Of a DNA stretch of 64,000 nt, positions 1-12,153 are shown in pieces (positions within the stretch are counted from its first letter, which is position 1; each line of letters starts with the position of its first letter). The DNA is from Octopus vulgaris. Lineage: Eukaryota. The notes under the pieces are model-generated. The model had not been told where the DNA came from. It saw only the letters and a list, made by a program, of their open reading frames with translations, and did no database searches. The stretch lies in the NCBI GenBank assembly GCA_951406725.2, contig OX597817.1, positions 158,720,001 through 158,784,000 of the forward strand. The letters are read 5' to 3'. Position numbers and translations under genes: made by a program.

Positions 1-399
1 TTACATGATGTCAAGACAAGGAGACAGCAAAATGTATACACTCACTCTCCCCCCACCCCCACCCTACACACAAACAGGCTTCTCTCAGTTTCCCTCAACT
101 AAATCCACTTATGAGGCTTCAGTCAGCCTGGTGCTACATAGGGGGACTGAATCCAGTACCATGCAGTTAGGAAGCAAGCTTCTTTTACTTGTCTCAGTCA
201 TTTGACGGCAGCCACGATGGGGTACTGCCTTGAATTTTTAGTCAAATGAATTGACTCTAGTACTTTTCTTTTCTTTTTAAGCCTGGTACTTATTCTATCA
301 GTCTCTTTTGCTGAACCTCTAAGTTACAGGGATGCAAACACACCATGACGATGGGTGAACAGACAGACAAACACACACACACACACATATATATATATA

Positions 400-612
400 A
401 ACACAGAGATGCAGCACGGACTTTGTCAGTGAACAGGTCGCGGATTTTAGCGACGAAAATATTTTGACAAATTAAACTTAAATGTTGAAGTGAATCGAAC
501 GGCTTTTGTGTGTTTCTTAAATGGCTTATAAACACCTTCCACGCTGCAATTGTTTTCGTTTCAGCACACGATCTCAGATCAAATTACTTGCTATGCGAGT
601 ACATCTCCGTAA
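400..612. mobile_element. Probable MITE in (TA)n
   Basis: CpG-rich 210-bp block with imperfect termini GAGATG../..CATCTC between TA tracts. Confidence 0.4.
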
Positions 613-620
613 TATATATA

Positions 621-960
621 TCATCATCATCATCATTTAGTGTCCGCTTTCCATGCTAGCATGGGTTGGACGGTTCAACTGGGGTCTGTGAAGCCAGAAG
701 GCTGCATCAGGCCCAGTCTGATCTGGCAGTGTTTCTACGGCTGGATGCCCTTCATAACACCAACCACTCCGTGAGTGTAGTGGGTGCTTTTTACGTGCCA
801 CTCGCACAGGTGCCAGACGGAGCTGGCAAACGGCCACGAACGGATGGTGCTTTTACGTGCCACCGGCACGGGGGCCAGGAGAGGCTGGCAACGGCCACGA
901 ACGGATGGGGCTACGTGCCACCGGCACGAGGGCCAGGCGAGGCTGGCAATGGACACGAAT
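621..960 (-). mobile_element. (GAT)n-tailed SINE-like family D with 5' tandem hairpin units
   Basis: TTAGGAAGGGCATCCAGC-type core, CCATGCTAGCATGG palindrome, GAT tail. Confidence 0.8.
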
Positions 961-964
961 GGAT

Positions 965-1234
965 ATATAACAATTAATAAGAGGAATGACCACTAAAGTG
1001 GATTCCTATTTGCTAGAAATAGACGTCAAATCGCCTAAACACAAAGAGTGTGTTCTCAAGAAAAAACCCAGCAAATGCCAAAATGTAAAAAATAAGCAAG
1101 GCATTTACATTTTGGCATTTGCTGTTTTTTTTCTTTTCTTGAGAACACACTCTTTGTGGTAAGGCAATTTGATGTCTATTTCTAGTGTATAGGAATCCAC
1201 TTTAGTGGTCATTCCTCTTATTAATTGTAATATA
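965..1234. repeat. Long imperfect inverted repeat (about 125-bp arms, 14-nt spacer)
   Basis: ACAATTAATAAGAGGAATGACC..AAATGTAAA pairs with TTTACATTT..GGTCATTCCTCTTATTAATTGT. Confidence 0.9.
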
Positions 1235-1358
1235 ATTTTTTAATCTTTGGATTTTTTATTTTTTGAATATGTTAGACCAATGGTTTAAATTGATGTTAAT
1301 TGATTGATATCAATTTCTACCCTCAGTATTTTAATTTATATAAATATATATATATATA

Positions 1359-1516
1359 GGTGCAGGAGTGGCTGTGTGGTAAGTAGCTTGTTTACCAACC
1401 ACATGGTTCCGGGTTCAGTCCCACTGCATGGCATCTTGGGCAAGTGTCTTCTACTATAGCCTCGGGCTGACCAAAGCCTTGTGAGTGGATTTGGTAGACA
1501 CTCAAAGAAGCCCGTA

Positions 1517-1550
<34 letters not shown>

Positions 1551-2355
1551 TCATCATCATCATCATCATCATCATTTAGCGTCCGTTTTCCATGCTAGCA
1601 TGGGTTGGACGGTTCAACTGGGGTCTGGGGAGCCCGAAGGCTGCACCAGGCCAGTCAGATCTGGCAGTGTTTCTACAGCTGGATGCCCTTCCTAACGCCA
1701 ACCACTCCGAGAGTGTAGTGGGTGATTTTATGTGCCACCGACACAGGTGCCAGACGAGGCTGGCGAACGGCCACGCTCGGATGGTGTTTTTATGTGCCAC
1801 CGACACAGGTGCCAGACGAGGCTGGCAGACGGCCACGCTCGGATGGTGTTTTTATGTGCCACCGACACAGGTGCCAGATGAGGCTGGCGGACGGCCACGA
1901 TCGGATGGTGTTTGTTACGTCCCCAAAGCACGGAGGCCAGTCTATGCGGTACTGGCTACGGCCACGTTCGGATGATTTTCTTGTGTGCCACCGGCACTGG
2001 TACCACAAAGATACAAATTCCATTGATGTTCATCTATTTTGATTTGTTTTGATTTGATTTGATTTTCACTTGCCTCAAATCAAATCAAAACAAATCAAAA
2101 TAGATGTATATATATATATATATATATATATGCGTGTGTGTTTGTGCATCTGTGTTTGTCCCCCCAGTATTGCTTGACAACCGATGCTGGCGTGTTTATG
2201 TCCCCGTTACTTAGCGGTTCGGCAAAAGAGACCGATAGAATAAGTACTGGGCTTACAAAAAGAATAAGTCCCGGGGTCGAGTTGCTCCATTAAAGGCGGT
2301 GCTCCAGCATGGCCGCAGTCAAATGACTGAAACAAGTAAAAGAGTAAAGAGAGTA
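1359..2355 (+). mobile_element. tRNA-derived CORE-like SINE (family A), split by a family D element
   Basis: A box TGGCTGTGTGG, B box GGTTCAGTCC, CORE-like CTTGGGCAAGTG, central TA/TG microsatellite, ..GAAACAAGTAAAAGAG tail. Confidence 0.85.
1549..2106 (-). mobile_element. Family D element with 62-bp tandem units and an inverted 5' duplication
   Basis: Units start at 1731, 1793 and 1855; perfect 32-bp inverted repeat at 2031-2106; sits in the (TA)n of a SINE A. Confidence 0.85.
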
Positions 2356-2654
2356 TATGACAGGCTTCTTTCAGTTTCTGTCTACAAAATCCACTCACAA
2401 GGCTTTAGTTAGCCGGAGTCCACAGTCAGGCACTTGCCAAAGGTGCCACACAGTGGAACTGAACCTAAAACCATGTAAGCTTCTTACCACACAGCTATAT
2501 AATTAGATTTTTAAAGTGGAACTCAAAGAAGTTTGTTTACAGAAGATGTGAGTCTGTGTCCTAAGAGCAGCCTTCTTTTTCCTATCCAAAAAGGCTTTTT
2601 AACCCACTATGTACATGCTGTTATTTATGGCATTTTTCTACTTTTGATATCCAC

Positions 2655-3045
2655 TCTCTCTTTCTCTTTTACTTGTTTCAGCCATTTTGACTGCGGCCAT
2701 GCTGGAGCACTGCCTTTAGTCGAGCAAATCGACCCCGGGACTTATTCTATCGGTCTTTTTTGCCGAACCGCTAAGTGACGGGGACGTAAACACACCAGCA
2801 TCGGTTGTCAAGCGATTTGGGGGGGGGGGGACAAACACAGACACAGAAACACACATATATATATACATATAGATATATACGACAGGCTTCTTTCAGTTTC
2901 CGTCTACCAAATCCACTCACAAGGCATTGGTCGGCCCGGGGCTATAGCAGAAGGCACTTGCCCAAGATGCCACGCAGTGGGACTGAACCTGGAACCATGT
3001 GGTTGGTTAGCAAGCTACTTACCACACAGCCACTCATGCGCCTGT
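2655..3045 (-). mobile_element. SINE family A
   Basis: Near full-length reverse copy. Confidence 0.85.
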
Positions 3046-3186
3046 TAAAATTGAATTATTCCATGTAGTTTGGAGTTTCTAAATTCTAATGACAGCTGGC
3101 TGGATGGCTAGACAGATAGACAGGCAGGCAAATAGGCAGACACAGAAACAAGTAGGCATACAGAGAGACAGACAGATAGATGTGTA

Positions 3187-3225
<39 letters not shown>

Positions 3226-3704
3226 AAGATGAAAAAACAAAAGCAAGTCCCACTTGTTTAAACCAAACAAGTTTAGCAGGAAAATAGCATTAACAGTAGC
3301 ATTTTGACTTCTGCAGAAGACTCCAAACTGACGAAGGAGTATTTTTACATGTGTATCTGATGTATGAGGTCTCCTACCTGAGTGAGGCTCTAATGAGTCA
3401 TAGCATGCTAATGGCTCAACAGAATGGTATAATGTATATTGTAGAGGAAGAAGATGCCAGAAATATGTTTTGGAAATCTTTGATGAAACTGGAGAAGAGT
3501 TATGATGATGATGAGGAGGAGGAAGAAAACGATGACGACAACATGATTATCATCATCATCATCATAATCCATCGCATTCATTTTCTTTGCTAAGCTGGAA
3601 AGGTTTACACTTGTAATTCCTTCCCACCTGTCTTTCTTAGCGCACACTCACACAGATGCTACACCACAATTACTTCAAACACTGTTTTACTTTGCACACT
3701 TTAA

Positions 3705-3931
3705 CCCTTTAGTGTTCGCATTATTCTGCCGAAATTAATGCTTTTTTTCATCCACACTGTTTTGAACTAATCATGCATCATCTTATAGCTATGAGATTTT
3801 GATGAGGTAACTGTTAATCTTTCAAACGATATTGTAGGGTTGGTGTGAGAGACCAGATCTGGCCAGTTTGAACATAAAACAGGCAGAATACTTTTGGCCG
3901 GATATGGCCGGTATAAATGCATGCTAAAGGG
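3705..3931 (+). mobile_element. piggyBac-type MITE, family 1
   Basis: TTAA-CCCTTTAG..CTAAAGGG-TTAA; same body as 11603-11823. Confidence 0.85.
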
Positions 3932-4403
3932 TTAAACACCATCAATTGATGATCATCACCAAAACCCAAAGCAAGCCTATGGTGCATGAGCTGCAAGAAA
4001 TAGCAACCAAACCCATCTCAAATCTTACACTCTGCCCACTTGAAGAAAAAAAAAGTAGGGGTTAAGCAACAATAACAACCAGTAAGATACAAAGCTATTT
4101 TCTTTTATATGAATGACAATGTACAGGAATTGGTATATATTAACATTAACTTAAATTATATTATCACTGGTGCTTATTCCATAAATGCCTGAGAACGATA
4201 GGGAGATATATTCTGGTAGGATATTCAAAATTAAAATGGTGAAGTACTGAATTTTAAATTCTAAAAGAACCAAGGTCACTGATTGCTAGGTAAAAATGCT
4301 TCACAGCATTTCATCCCTCTTCAGGCTCTAAGTTCAAATTCCACTAAGACTGACTTTGTCTTTCGTGGCATTACTATTATTATTATTATTATTATTATTA
4401 TTA

Positions 4404-4614
4404 GCTGGTAGAATCATTAGCATGCCAGGCAAAATGCTTAATGGCATTTTGTCTGTCCTTACATTCTGAATTCAAATGCAGAGGTTAACTTTGCCTTTCT
4501 TCCTTTCAGGGTCAACAAAATTAAGTACCAGTTGAGTATTGGAGTTGATGCAATCAACTTACCCACTCCCACTGAAATTGTTGGCCTTGTACCAAAATTA
4601 TTATTATTATTATT

Positions 4615-4664
<50 letters not shown>

Positions 4665-4900
4665 TGGTGGTGGTGATGATGGCAACTTACATTGGCACAA
4701 TGCCACAAATTTTAGGGAAAATGTGTAGCTAATTATGTTGCCCTCTTCCCAACTCCAGTACTTAACCGTACTTCTTTTATCAGCCCAGGAAAGATGAAAG
4801 GCACAGCTAACCCAGACAGAATTTGAACTCTGAAGACAAAGTGCTGTTACTAACTAAATACCATGAAAAAAACTTGTCTGGTGTGCTAGGAATTCTACTA
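4404..4900. mobile_element. Tail-to-tail pair of diverged family B SINEs around (TTA)n/(TAA)n
   Basis: Plus copy 4404-4597 and minus copy about 4685-4900. Confidence 0.6.
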
Positions 4901-5469
4901 ACTGTAATAATAATAATAATAATAATAATAATAGTAACTGAAGCATAAGCAAAAAACCAAATGTTTGTAAGTCAAAGAGATAGAACGCTATGATGTTAAA
5001 GCCTTTGTCAAGAGCGTTAGGCTCTAGGGAGAGAACAAAAACAGTTTTAATAGTAGAATATAAACCCTCAATCCCAGAACTAGGTTTTATGTGTATGCCT
5101 CATAAATATCTAAAATGATTTTTTTCTTTTATGTCGAACTATGTAACAACTGACTTTTTGTTTGTGTTTTCAATCATGGACCACCTAATGTGAGAGGTTT
5201 TACTTTAGAGTTAACACTGCTCAGCTGACCCTCCTCACAATAGCTTTTTTTTTTTTTTTTTTTGTGAAACCTTCTGAGACATCAGTTTAACGATAAAGAA
5301 TGGAGTGCGCTGGAGTTTGCTTTAGTTCCCATGGAGTTAACTAGTTGAAACATGCACCTATTCTTGAGTGGTACATCAGTCAATCACAGCATGGAAATCC
5401 CATTCTTTCTCTAAGTTCTGGTACTTGTGGCACCTAATTACAATTAGGAACTGTATCGTTCAGGAGCTC

Positions 5470-6050
5470 ACTTTGCACAACCATGTAATTTCAGGTTCAA
5501 ACCCACTGCGTGGCACCTTGGGATAGTGTCTTCTATTGTAGGCCTGGGCTGACTAATGCCTTGGGAGTGGATTTGGTAGAAGGAAACTATGTGCAAGCCT
5601 GTTGTGTGTGTATGTGTGTGTGTGTGTTTTGTGTTTATCCCCCCACACACACTGCTTGACAACCGATGTTGGTTTGCTTACATCTCCACAGCTTAGCAGT
5701 TTGGCAAAAAGAGATTAATAGAATGGGTACCAGAGTTGAAAATAAGCATCAGGTTTGGTTTGTTCGATTAACCCTTTAGTATTTAAACCGGCCATATCCG
5801 GCCAAAAGTATTCTGCCTGTTTTATGTTCAAACTGGCCAGATCTGGTCTCTCACACCAGCCCTACAATATCGTTTTAAAAATTAACAGCTACCTCATCAA
5901 AATCTCAAAGCTACAAGATAATGCTACAAGGCAATGTGGATGGAAAAGGATTAATTTTGGTAGAATAATGCGAACACTAAAGGGTTAAACTCTTCATGGC
6001 AATGCCCTGCCATGGCAGTAGTCCAATGACTGAAACAAGTAAGAAAAATT
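5470..6050 (+). mobile_element. SINE family A (diverged) with MITE insert
   Basis: Homologous head, body and tail. Confidence 0.75.
5772..5984 (-). mobile_element. piggyBac-type MITE, family 1, inside a SINE
   Basis: TTAA TSD and TIRs, reverse orientation. Confidence 0.85.
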
Positions 6051-7032
6051 AAAAGGGACTGTGGCCGAGGTTTAAGTTATTTGAGCAAAGTGATGAAACA
6101 CAAATCGGATCCTTTTGCCATTAGATAACCATCTTGATGACTTCCTGATCAACAGTAGCAGCAGTCTCAGTTTTCAGTTGAATCTAAAATGCTTCATTCT
6201 GTTGTTCTTTTAACTATGTTTTGTATCATTTCTACAAGCCTTAGCGCTTTCTCCAAGAATGATCATATTTCAGGTCTTTGAGTTTTAAAGTATGATCTAT
6301 CAGATTTCTGTCAGAACAAAGACCAGATCAGTGACCTGCAAAATAGTTTAAATAAAATAATTATTATCATTACTACCTAAAAAATATCTTCCCAGAAGCC
6401 AACAAAAGAAATTCTATAGGTAAATGGTTGCTAAATATCCTTCAAATCACACCTTAGCGTTTACAAAAGAAAAGACAGATAATTCAGTCCCAGACACTGT
6501 GTCTGCGAAAAGAATGGGATGATCAAAGCTGGAATAGCTTTGATCTATAGGTCTACTTCAATGGAGATGACATGAGGCAAAAAAAAAACAAAAAAAAAAA
6601 CGACCATGACAAATGTATCGTTTTTTTTTCTTTCTTTTTTAACAAACCATTTCGTTTAGATTGTTCACGGATGTTACTATTCTCTACTTGGTGTCAATCC
6701 AAGCCCAGCACAAGACCATTCACAACATAATCCACCCTGACAATGGAGCATATTCTGTAGACACTGATTGGCTTTGAATACTGAACATTTTTGTCCAATA
6801 GCACAATGACAAACAAAGAAATAAAGAAGTGCTGAAATTCTATGAAAAATAGGGAAAAAATAATTAAGAAAGATTTTAGAGACAAATCTCTGAGGAAACC
6901 TGTCTTTTGATAGGATCTATTTAAATGATAACCTGCTGCGGACGTATTTGTTTTGGAAACAGCTGAAATAAAAGTGCTCTTTTTATATCTATGTATGTCT
7001 ATAAAGACTTTAACAATATTCTTTGTAGTTAC

Positions 7033-7123
7033 CTTTTAAAAGAGATAATCCAAAGTACTCCGTCTCTCTTAATCCAAGCTGAATGACAACTGCATTGAAA
7101 ACCTCATGGAATTTAGCTTTGAC
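7033..7123 (-). CDS. FRMD6: FERM domain protein, second coding exon (91 nt): VKAKFHEVFNAVVIQLGLRETEYFGLSLLK + 1 nt
   Basis: TTGTTTCAG acceptor (7125-7124) and GTAACT donor (7032); LGLRETEYFGL is the FERM-N motif; an exon starting VK, 91 nt long and ending in phase 1 matches my recollection of vertebrate FRMD6/FRMD1 structure; orthology not tested. Confidence 0.88.
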
Positions 7124-7295
7124 CTGAAACAACAAAATAATAGTAGTTACAGCTGCTAACAAACCAGTTTTAAAAAAGGCAGTTATATATTTAAAAAAAA
7201 AAAAAAATACAATTATTAATGTAGTTCCACTGTCCACACACCTACCTAAGCACACAAGCAAACAAGAAAGATCTGTGGAGTAAAGATGATGTATA

Positions 7296-7700
7296 TACTC
7301 TTTTACTTGTTTCAGTCATTTGACTGTGGCCATGCTGGAGCACCGCCTTTAGTCGAGCAACTCGACCCCAGGACTTATTCTTTGTAAGCTAGGTACTTAT
7401 TCTATCGGTCTCTTTTGCCAAACTGCTAAGTTACGGGGATGTAAACACACCAGCATCGGTTGTCAACCGATGTTGGGGGAGACAAACACAGACACACAAA
7501 ACATACACACACACACACACACACATATATTTATATACGACAGGCTTCTTTCAGTTTCCGTCTACCAAATCTACTCACAAGGCTTTGGTTGCCCCGAGGC
7601 TATAGTAGAAGACACTTGCCCAAGGCGCCATGCAGTGGGACTGAACCCGGAACCATGTGGTTGGTAAGCAAGCTACTTACCACACAGCCACTCCTATGCC
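7296..7700 (-). mobile_element. SINE family A, full length
   Basis: High identity to other copies. Confidence 0.9.
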
Positions 7701-8253
7701 TATATGGGCAAATATATATATAATATGAAACTCAATGATATAAAGTTAATACGATGGGTCATAAGTTCAAAACTTTACGACAGTCACTGTGTAGCCTTAA
7801 GAAAAGAATATAAATGCATGCCTAAGTCTACCTGTTAAAATTAGATTCCACTCATATTTCAAAATTAAGAGATTACAGAAGCCAATGTCAAAATTAGCAA
7901 GGGGAAAATAACACAGCTTCACATATAAAACACAAACACACATTTGAGTTGTTGTTAAACTGGATTCACTCTGTCATACTTAAAGGTTTCTTGAAACTAA
8001 TTATATTCATTGGTAAGTCTGAAATAATATTCAACACACGTTTAACACAATGTGTATGGAGTACTGTACTTTTGAAATGAAAACACAAATACCACACACA
8101 CACTAAAATATTCGATCTCCTCCCCACCCATGTGGTGAATTGTAGTGAAAAATTAAAAATATATAAAAGGAAAATGCACTGAAATTTTATGTTGGACAAA
8201 ATATTTTTATGAAATAAAATATTTACATAGCTATATTTACATACATATTTACA

Positions 8254-8555
8254 GGCGCAGGAGTGGCTGTGTGGTAAGTAGCTTGCTTACCAACCATATG
8301 GTTCCGGGTTCAGTCCCACTGTGTGGCACCTTCTACCATAGCCTCGGGCCGACCAAAGCTTTGTGAGTGGATTTGGTAGATGGAAACTGAAAGAAGCCCG
8401 TCGTATATATGTATATATATATATATGTGTGTGTATGAGACCGATAGAATAAGTACTGGGCTTACAAAGAATAAGTTCTGGGGTCGATTTGCTCGACTAA
8501 AGGCGGTGCTCCAGCATGGCCACAGTCAAATGACTGAAACAAGTAAAAGAGAGTA
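8254..8555 (+). mobile_element. SINE family A with internal deletions
   Basis: Head and tail intact, central part missing. Confidence 0.85.
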
Positions 8556-8989
8556 TAGCTGACCAGTTTCGCTTGTACTAATCATGACTAAGAAGTTAGA
8601 GATAATGTTACAATTATGCTACCATAAGAGGTTTTCCTTCCATGTTAGGAAGAGAAAGGCTGGGAAAAGAACATGGGACGGAACTAGATATTCCTTTACT
8701 TTATCTGTTACGTATATTCGGTAACACATGATCCCACAATATATAATAAAATTCCTAGAAGCACTTCATATCAAGCTGAACACTTTTTATGTTATTTCCT
8801 TCTTCCTCAAACTGCATAGGAACCCATGTGATGATGCAAAATGAAAAAGTTTCATGTGATTAATAATAAGAACCAAAATATGAATGGTAAAATTGTTGTA
8901 CACTAGGCACACCCATTTCCCCACCGTGTGTGTGTGCACACGCGGGGCTTAAAGATATAGTTTCTTACCATTGCTTTCACAGATTTTGG

Positions 8990-9332
8990 TAAGTTAATCC
9001 TTCGGTGCTTTTTAAGGTGGTTCGGTCATGCGGCCCGGCGTCCAGAGGGTGAGCTGATTTGCGATGTCCACTTCCACTTTCCAGCTGGCGCAAATACACG
9101 GGCGGACAGCTGAAGACCTGGGCAATGGCAATAAAGGAGGACCTCTCTAAATTATCAGGTTCACAGGTGGTCGGTCTGCGCAGATGGAACCACGAATGGC
9201 TCGCTATCTCCAGTGACCTCGCATGGGACCATCGAGTGTGGGCCGCCATGGTTCGTGATGCCGTTAGGACCAGAGAAGAAGCTGGCTCAACCCACCCTGG
9301 GTGAACGCCATCACAAGTACAAATAAGTACAA
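8990..9332 (+). mobile_element. RTE-clade LINE 3' fragment
   Basis: LRWFGHAARRPEGELI..WRKYTGGQLKTW..IKEDL..WLAISSDLAWDHRVWAAMVRDAV; tail of CAAGTA-like repeats. Confidence 0.8.
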
Positions 9333-10394
9333 TCGTGGCATAAAATATAGATAAAAAAAACTTTGATAAATCTCTCTTATAATCAATATTGTTCAATAAC
9401 TTATGATTTTCTCTTGTAGCATGTTCTGAACTTTTTAACCTACTGCTTCATGAAAGACGATATTATTTTAAATTTTGTTGTTCATAAATCTTCATTTTAC
9501 ATCAATTTAATCATGTTGACGAGGCTCACGTTGCACCATTTATTGCAGTTCTTTGTCATCTGGTACATAACAGAGAGAGAGACAACCATTTTTAGTTGTG
9601 TATGTCATGCTTTTTTCCTTTCTTTTTTTTTTTTTCAGACCCCAAAGAAAATATTGCTCACTTATCTAGGATGGTGCTGCTGTTACACACAAACAGCCTA
9701 GACCACAACCAAAAAAGAGATTCGGCTGATTGGCAACTAAGCCCTTACCGACACAATACCTGCTCTACTGCCTCTTTTCTTACAACTTTTCCTAGTAATA
9801 TTACTTCTGTTGCAGTCTCTGTTCTTCTAAAGTAGCAAGCTATGACTGCTATGAAAACCCACTCAATGTAGGCATTATTTCATCATATATGCTATCTCTA
9901 ACATCTAATTCCCAATCAGATCTTCCACTAAATAGCCCAATCAATCCTTATCAGTGTGAGGCTGACATCATATACAAAAATTCAATCAGTGTCAATTAAA
10001 GATGGATCAACATCAAAATGTGGTTATTGTAACCAAAAGGCTTCTGCCTTGTGATCCTTTAAAAAGAGAGAGAAAAAAAAAAAAAACAGGAAAGAAAAGA
10101 AAGAAATCATCTCTCATTTTTTTCCTTGATAAATGTTGAACATCTTTGTCTCTTCCTTGCAAAATAAAATAAATTACTTAGTACTCAAAACTTATAGTTT
10201 GTATTATATGTGAGTGTGTGTCTGTGTAGTAAAAAGCACTCAGTCCAGTCTGTAAGGTGGTTGGCATTAGGAAGGGCATCCAACCATAAAAACCATGCCA
10301 AAACAGGCAGTGAAGCCTGATGCAGTCTTCTGCCAAGCCAGTCCCTGACAAACTGTCCAACCCATGCCAGCATGGAAAGCAGATGTTAAATGAT

Positions 10395-10440
<46 letters not shown>

Positions 10441-10457
10441 CGTGTGTGTGTGTGTAT

Positions 10458-10760
10458 GGAGGTGCAATGGCCCAGTGGTTAGGGCAGAGGATTTGCAGTC
10501 AGAGGATCGCGGTTTCGATTCCCAGACCGGGCATTGTGAGGGTTTATTGAGTGAAAACACCTAAAGCTCCACAAGGCTCTGGCAGGGGATGGTGGCGATC
10601 CCTACTGTACTCTTTCGCCACAACTTTCTCTTACTCTTTCTTCTGTTGGCCTGCTCACTTAGCCAGCAGGGTGGCATCATTTGAAGGCTAAAACAATGTG
10701 AAGCGCATTGTGACCAGCGATGTGTAGCAACATCTGATAGCCTGGTCGTCACATGACATA
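10458..10760 (+). mobile_element. tRNA-derived SINE family C
   Basis: GGAGGTGCAATGGCCCAGTGGTTAGGGC A box and GGTTTCGATTCCC B box; homologous to 17385-17624. Confidence 0.8.
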
Positions 10761-11457
10761 TATATGCTAACATGGAAAAGTAGACATAAACATACTCACA
10801 TACATATAGTGTTGGTGTCACGAAATAAGAACCTGGTACACTTTGTGAAGTGGTTGGCATTAGGAAGTGTATCCAGTTGTAGAAAAGACCAAAACTATCC
10901 TTACTTGAACCGTGTTGAGCATTCCGACCTATGCCAGCATGGAACAGGGACATTAGATAATGATTTTATATATTTGATTATTTTTAATGTTTTTTTTTCC
11001 AAGCTATGTGAAGTTTTTTTTTATAGCCAGATGCCCTCCATGCCACCAGCCCTTACTTGATTATATATAAGGTAATTTTATACCAATGGCCTCTTGCTTG
11101 AGAAATAATTCCACAGCTAGACATATTTTTACATTAAGTTTAAAGGTTAACAGTTTAGGTGGTGACATTGCTTCATGCTTTAAACATATAAACAATGTCA
11201 AGACATGCATACGACTCTGAGAGTGACTTGTTAGTTATTGCCAAGTATGTAACTATATTTATATTACGTAAATTAATTGATAGTGACTTTGGAGTTTTGC
11301 AGGGTGTGTGACTTATTTAAAGTGTCTGAGAATTTGAATAAGTCAAACCTAGTGAAGCTTCAAATTCACTGTCAATAAATAAATTGTCTATAATAATAGA
11401 CTCTACACTTGTACCAAGTACTTTAGTCAGTCGCTGTTTTTATGTACATAAAAACAT

Positions 11458-11493
<36 letters not shown>

Positions 11494-11494
<1 letters not shown>

Positions 11495-12120
11495 TAGCAG
11501 TATCGCCCGGCGTTGCTCGGGTTTGTTTTCTTTTCGACCCTTTAGAATTGGAATTTTTGAAAAGTAAAAATTTTGCATTATGTAGCTTGTTATTCTCTTT
11601 AACCCTTTAGTGTTCACATTATTCTGCTAAAATTAATGCTTTTTCCTCCATACTGTTTTGAACTAATCATGCATTATCTTGTAACTATGAGATTCTGATG
11701 AGGTAGCAGTTAATTTTTAAAACAATATTGTAGGGTTGGTATGAGAGACCAGATCTGGTCAGTTTGAACATGAAACAGGCTGAATACTTTTGGCTGGATT
11801 TGGCCGGTTTAAATGCTAAAGGGTTAAGTGAACATTTTTCTCGTTGAAATACACCGAAAAATGGCGACACAACAGTAGAAAAAATCGTAATAAATAGGGA
11901 TTTTCATAGAAAAAAAGCACCTTTTTGATGTAAATGATTTTTCATCTTAACATGGTCCAATTTGAATTTTTTCTTCTATGGAATAAAGAGCAAGCCTTCT
12001 TCTATCATACTCTTAATTTTGGTCAACTTGCGCCGCAGGGTCTCGGAAGAGATAGTGTTAGTTGAAGGCTACCAAACCTGCCACACACACACACACAGAC
12101 AATTTCAGCTTTATATATAT
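11494..12120 (-). mobile_element. Non-autonomous Helitron carrying a piggyBac MITE
   Basis: CTAG end plus hairpin; body matches 18170-18548 apart from the 11603-11823 insert. Confidence 0.8.
11603..11823 (+). mobile_element. piggyBac-type MITE, family 1
   Basis: CCCTTTAG..CTAAAGGG TIR with TTAA on both sides; empty site CTCT-TTAA-GTGAAC in the paralogous Helitron near 18259. Confidence 0.9.
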
Positions 12121-12122
12121 AT

Positions 12123-12153
<31 letters not shown>

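Noticed and set aside
1731-2000. CRISPR-like repeat/spacer appearance of family D units
   Set aside because: Eukaryotic context, no cas genes, and the inter-repeat parts are homologous to each other.
3351-3593. Acidic 80-aa ORF
   Set aside because: Driven by GAT/GAG/CAT trinucleotide repeats.
6064-6335. Minus-strand acceptor-like TATTTTGCAG at 6336 as the next FERM exon
   Set aside because: All three frames stop within 12 codons (the required phase gives GH*), and there is no FERM similarity; the next exon is probably left of the window.
10458-10530. tRNA gene
   Set aside because: tRNA-like head continues into a multi-copy SINE body; likewise at 17550-17624, 43760-43830 and 52440-52510.
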